Below, one piece after another: positions 49,178 through 51,441 of a DNA stretch of 51,441 nt. The position numbers and the translations under genes are program-made. A model generated the notes under the pieces. That model was not told the DNA's origin. It did not search any database and saw nothing but the letters and a program-made list of their open reading frames with translations. This stretch comes from an uncultured bacterium (GTDB lineage: Bacteria > CSSED10-310 > CAZUFC01), in assembly GCA_964619725.1 (NCBI GenBank), contig CAZUFC010000057.1, positions 1-51,441 of the forward strand. Reading direction: 5' to 3'. How positions within the stretch are numbered: position 1 is the stretch's first letter; each line of letters opens with the position of its first letter.

Positions 49178-51148
49178 ATGAAAAACAAAGCTTTTCTGTT
49201 AATTTTATTCCTGGAGATGGGAAGTCCTGAGGTTTCGGCTTTGATGCCTGGAGAAATAAATTATCGGGACTCATCGGTCGAATTTTCAAAAAGTCCCTCA
49301 AATGCCGGGAATGATTCTATTTTCCATGTTTGTGACGGTAGAACAGACAGTATTGAATTATGGAAAGAGACCGAAACCGAAATCTCTGCCGTCGATTATT
49401 TCCGCTGCCGGCGTAAAGACGATGTGAGGTCGGAAACAGCAGTCGCTGACGGTCAAAAAAACGGAGGTTCGCATTTTGCGTTTGCTGTCGGCGATTTGAA
49501 TGGACAAAATGAAGGATGCTATTCTGTTCATCCGACTGCTGACGGCGGGTGTATATTCGGCGGGCAAACCAGCGCGTATGGTGCGGGAAGTAATGATGTT
49601 CTGCTGATGAAATACGATGCAGCCGGGTCTTTAATTTGGGGCCGTACCGCTGGAGGAGCAGAAAACGATATTTGCACATCGGTTCAACCGACATCGGACG
49701 GCGGTTATTTAATCGGCGGCGTTACATTCAGTTTCGGAGCCGGCCATCAAGATTTTCTTTTGCTGAAATATAATTCCTCAGGAAATCTTATCTGGGCCCG
49801 CTCTGTCGGCGGCTACAGCATGGATTACTGCAATTCGATTTTGCCCACTGCGGACGGCGGTTGGCTGGCGTTCGGGTACACTTACAGTTATGGAGCCGGC
49901 GGCAGCGACTTTATATTATTGAAGTTCAACTCATCCGGGAATTTGAGCTGGGCGGCGACAGCCGGCGGAGAGGATTCCGAGAGTTGCCTTTCCGTTCAAC
50001 AAACAGCGGATGGTGGATACCTCGCCGGAGGATATACCAATGGCTTCGGAGCCACCGCTACAGACATTTTTTTGGTTAAATTCGATGCATCCGGAAATTT
50101 GAACTGGGCTCGCAAGATCGATGCTGATGCGAAAGATAACTGCTATTCCATTCTTCCTTCATCGGACAGCGGATGGATCATCACAGGAAATACGTTTGAT
50201 TACGGCACAAGCGATTGGGATGTTATACTGCTGAAGTTCAACTCATCCTGGGGGCTGAATTGGGCTCGAAAAATCGGAGGCTGGTATAAAGATTTTTGTC
50301 AATCCGTTCAGCCGACGGCCGGCGGCGGTTTGATAGTTGCCGGCGAAACCTGCAGCTACGGCCATATAAGCGACTATGATGCCATGTTAATGAAGTTTAA
50401 TTCGTCCGGCTCTTTGAACTGGGCTCGCGCTATCGGCGAATACCCTCAGAGGGATAGTTGCTCTTCAGTTCGACCAACAGCGGACGGAGATTTCATTGCA
50501 GGAGGAAGCACGTATGGTTATGGCTCCGGCGGCGCTGACTGTCTTTTACTCCATACAGATTCCAGCGGTCTGATCGTTAACTGCCAGGATTTAATTCATT
50601 CCTGGTCTCCTGCCATAACGGAAGATATCTCCAATTCGATCTACGTTTCTTCGCTCACGGTGAGCGCTTCCAACCCCTCTGTTTCTATGCAGGAAATAAC
50701 GTCGTCTATAACCACCACATCGGTTTCACCTTTAACTCACAACATCTGTTATTACGCTCCCCCAACGCCGACGGCAACGCGCACCGCCACACGTACGCCA
50801 ACGAAGACGCCGACCCAAACACCGACGGCAACTTTATCGCCCACATCATCGCCGACTCACACCCCCACGAAAACTCCATCTCAGACGCCGACCCAAACAC
50901 CGACGGCAACTTTATCGCCGGAACCGCCATCACTTACGCCTACCATATCCCCTACTGACTCCCCTTCCCATACTCCCACGTTCACGCTCACCATTACCTG
51001 CACGCCTGCTATAACTATCAATCCCTCTCCTGCTCCTGTGCCCGTTCTGTCAGAAGCGGGTTCGATCCTGCTGATCAGCCTGTTCACTTTTCTGAGCTTT
51101 TTTATTCCTTCAAACCGGCAAACACGTAAAGGCGAAAAAACAAATTGA
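49178..51148 (+). CDS. Tandem paralog: beta-propeller repeat protein with Thr/Pro stalk and IPTL-CTERM-like anchor
   Basis: Same ~51-aa repeats, TPT stalk, VPVLSEAG-TM-basic tail; AGGAG RBS. Confidence 0.88.
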   Translation: MKNKAFLLILFLEMGSPEVSALMPGEINYRDSSVEFSKSPSNAGNDSIFHVCDGRTDSIELWKETETEISAVDYFRCRRKDDVRSETAVADGQKNGGSHFAFAVGDLNGQNEGCYSVHPTADGGCIFGGQTSAYGAGSNDVLLMKYDAAGSLIWGRTAGGAENDICTSVQPTSDGGYLIGGVTFSFGAGHQDFLLLKYNSSGNLIWARSVGGYSMDYCNSILPTADGGWLAFGYTYSYGAGGSDFILLKFNSSGNLSWAATAGGEDSESCLSVQQTADGGYLAGGYTNGFGATATDIFLVKFDASGNLNWARKIDADAKDNCYSILPSSDSGWIITGNTFDYGTSDWDVILLKFNSSWGLNWARKIGGWYKDFCQSVQPTAGGGLIVAGETCSYGHISDYDAMLMKFNSSGSLNWARAIGEYPQRDSCSSVRPTADGDFIAGGSTYGYGSGGADCLLLHTDSSGLIVNCQDLIHSWSPAITEDISNSIYVSSLTVSASNPSVSMQEITSSITTTSVSPLTHNICYYAPPTPTATRTATRTPTKTPTQTPTATLSPTSSPTHTPTKTPSQTPTQTPTATLSPEPPSLTPTISPTDSPSHTPTFTLTITCTPAITINPSPAPVPVLSEAGSILLISLFTFLSFFIPSNRQTRKGEKTN

Positions 51149-51335
51149 TCAAAACTTTCGATATAGTCCTGAATAGGCTTAGCCCAAATGTCTCATAAAA
51201 AACCGTCATAAAAGGTTCAGACCGTAGCAGATTAAGTCCCGCCAAACGGGAGGCCTGGAGAATTTCCGAGGCATAACATTACAGCGTCGCTAGCCCAAAA
51301 AAGTACATAAAGAGCAGCGCCTGTCAGCGTTTCAG

Positions 51336-51355
51336 AAGGGCCCTGCCCCCTGGCG
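51336..51355 (+). repeat. REP-like motif C variant
   Basis: AAGGGCCCTGCCCCCTGGCG; a similar copy lies at 33057-33074. Confidence 0.55.
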
Positions 51356-51407
51356 AGCCGAATCGTTTGCGAAAATAATCCATTTATTATGGATCAAAAA
51401 CCCAAGT

Positions 51408-51441
51408 GGCTGTCCAGCATTAAATTTTGAATCGAGATTTG
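51408..51441. repeat. Family B mini-element (cut by window edge)
   Basis: GGCTGTCCAGCATTAAATTTTGAATCGAGATTTG, near-exact reverse complement of 2621-2654. Confidence 0.75.

Noticed and set aside
51180-51311. Imperfect direct repeat TAGCCCAAA...CATAAA x2
   Set aside because: Only two short degenerate copies; cannot be interpreted.

Overview
Bacterial chromosomal window (51.4 kb, moderate GC) with about 29 protein-coding genes. I found no rRNA, tRNA or CRISPR array. Housekeeping genes are hrpB, a DHH-CBS tRNA nucleotidyltransferase, xerD, archaeal-type pheS/pheT, pdxA, a degenerate dtd, a lysA-like decarboxylase, uvrC and an acyl-CoA dehydrogenase. They are interleaved with many cell-surface genes. 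Five secreted proteins end in an IPTL-CTERM-like anchor ([VI]P-xxxx-G/small, TM helix, basic tail), and most also carry Thr/Pro stalks. An LVIVD propeller protein has the same kind of stalk but ends in a different ~110-aa C-terminal domain. Four polytopic GT-C-type glycosyltransferases are present, one clearly TMTC-like. Together these suggest a sorted, O-glycosylated surface-protein system (inference). Intergenic DNA holds at least three dispersed repeat families: a ~140-155 bp MITE-like element with a variable-length (TCG-N3)n array, a ~55 bp TIR element, and an AGGGCTCTGACCCC REP-like motif. Other elements are an Rpn nuclease with a perfect internal RBS for a small in-frame protein, an orphan antitoxin with a 9-codon toxin stub, and a frameshifted beta-helix gene fragment. 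All calls come from motif recognition by eye; no database searches were run.
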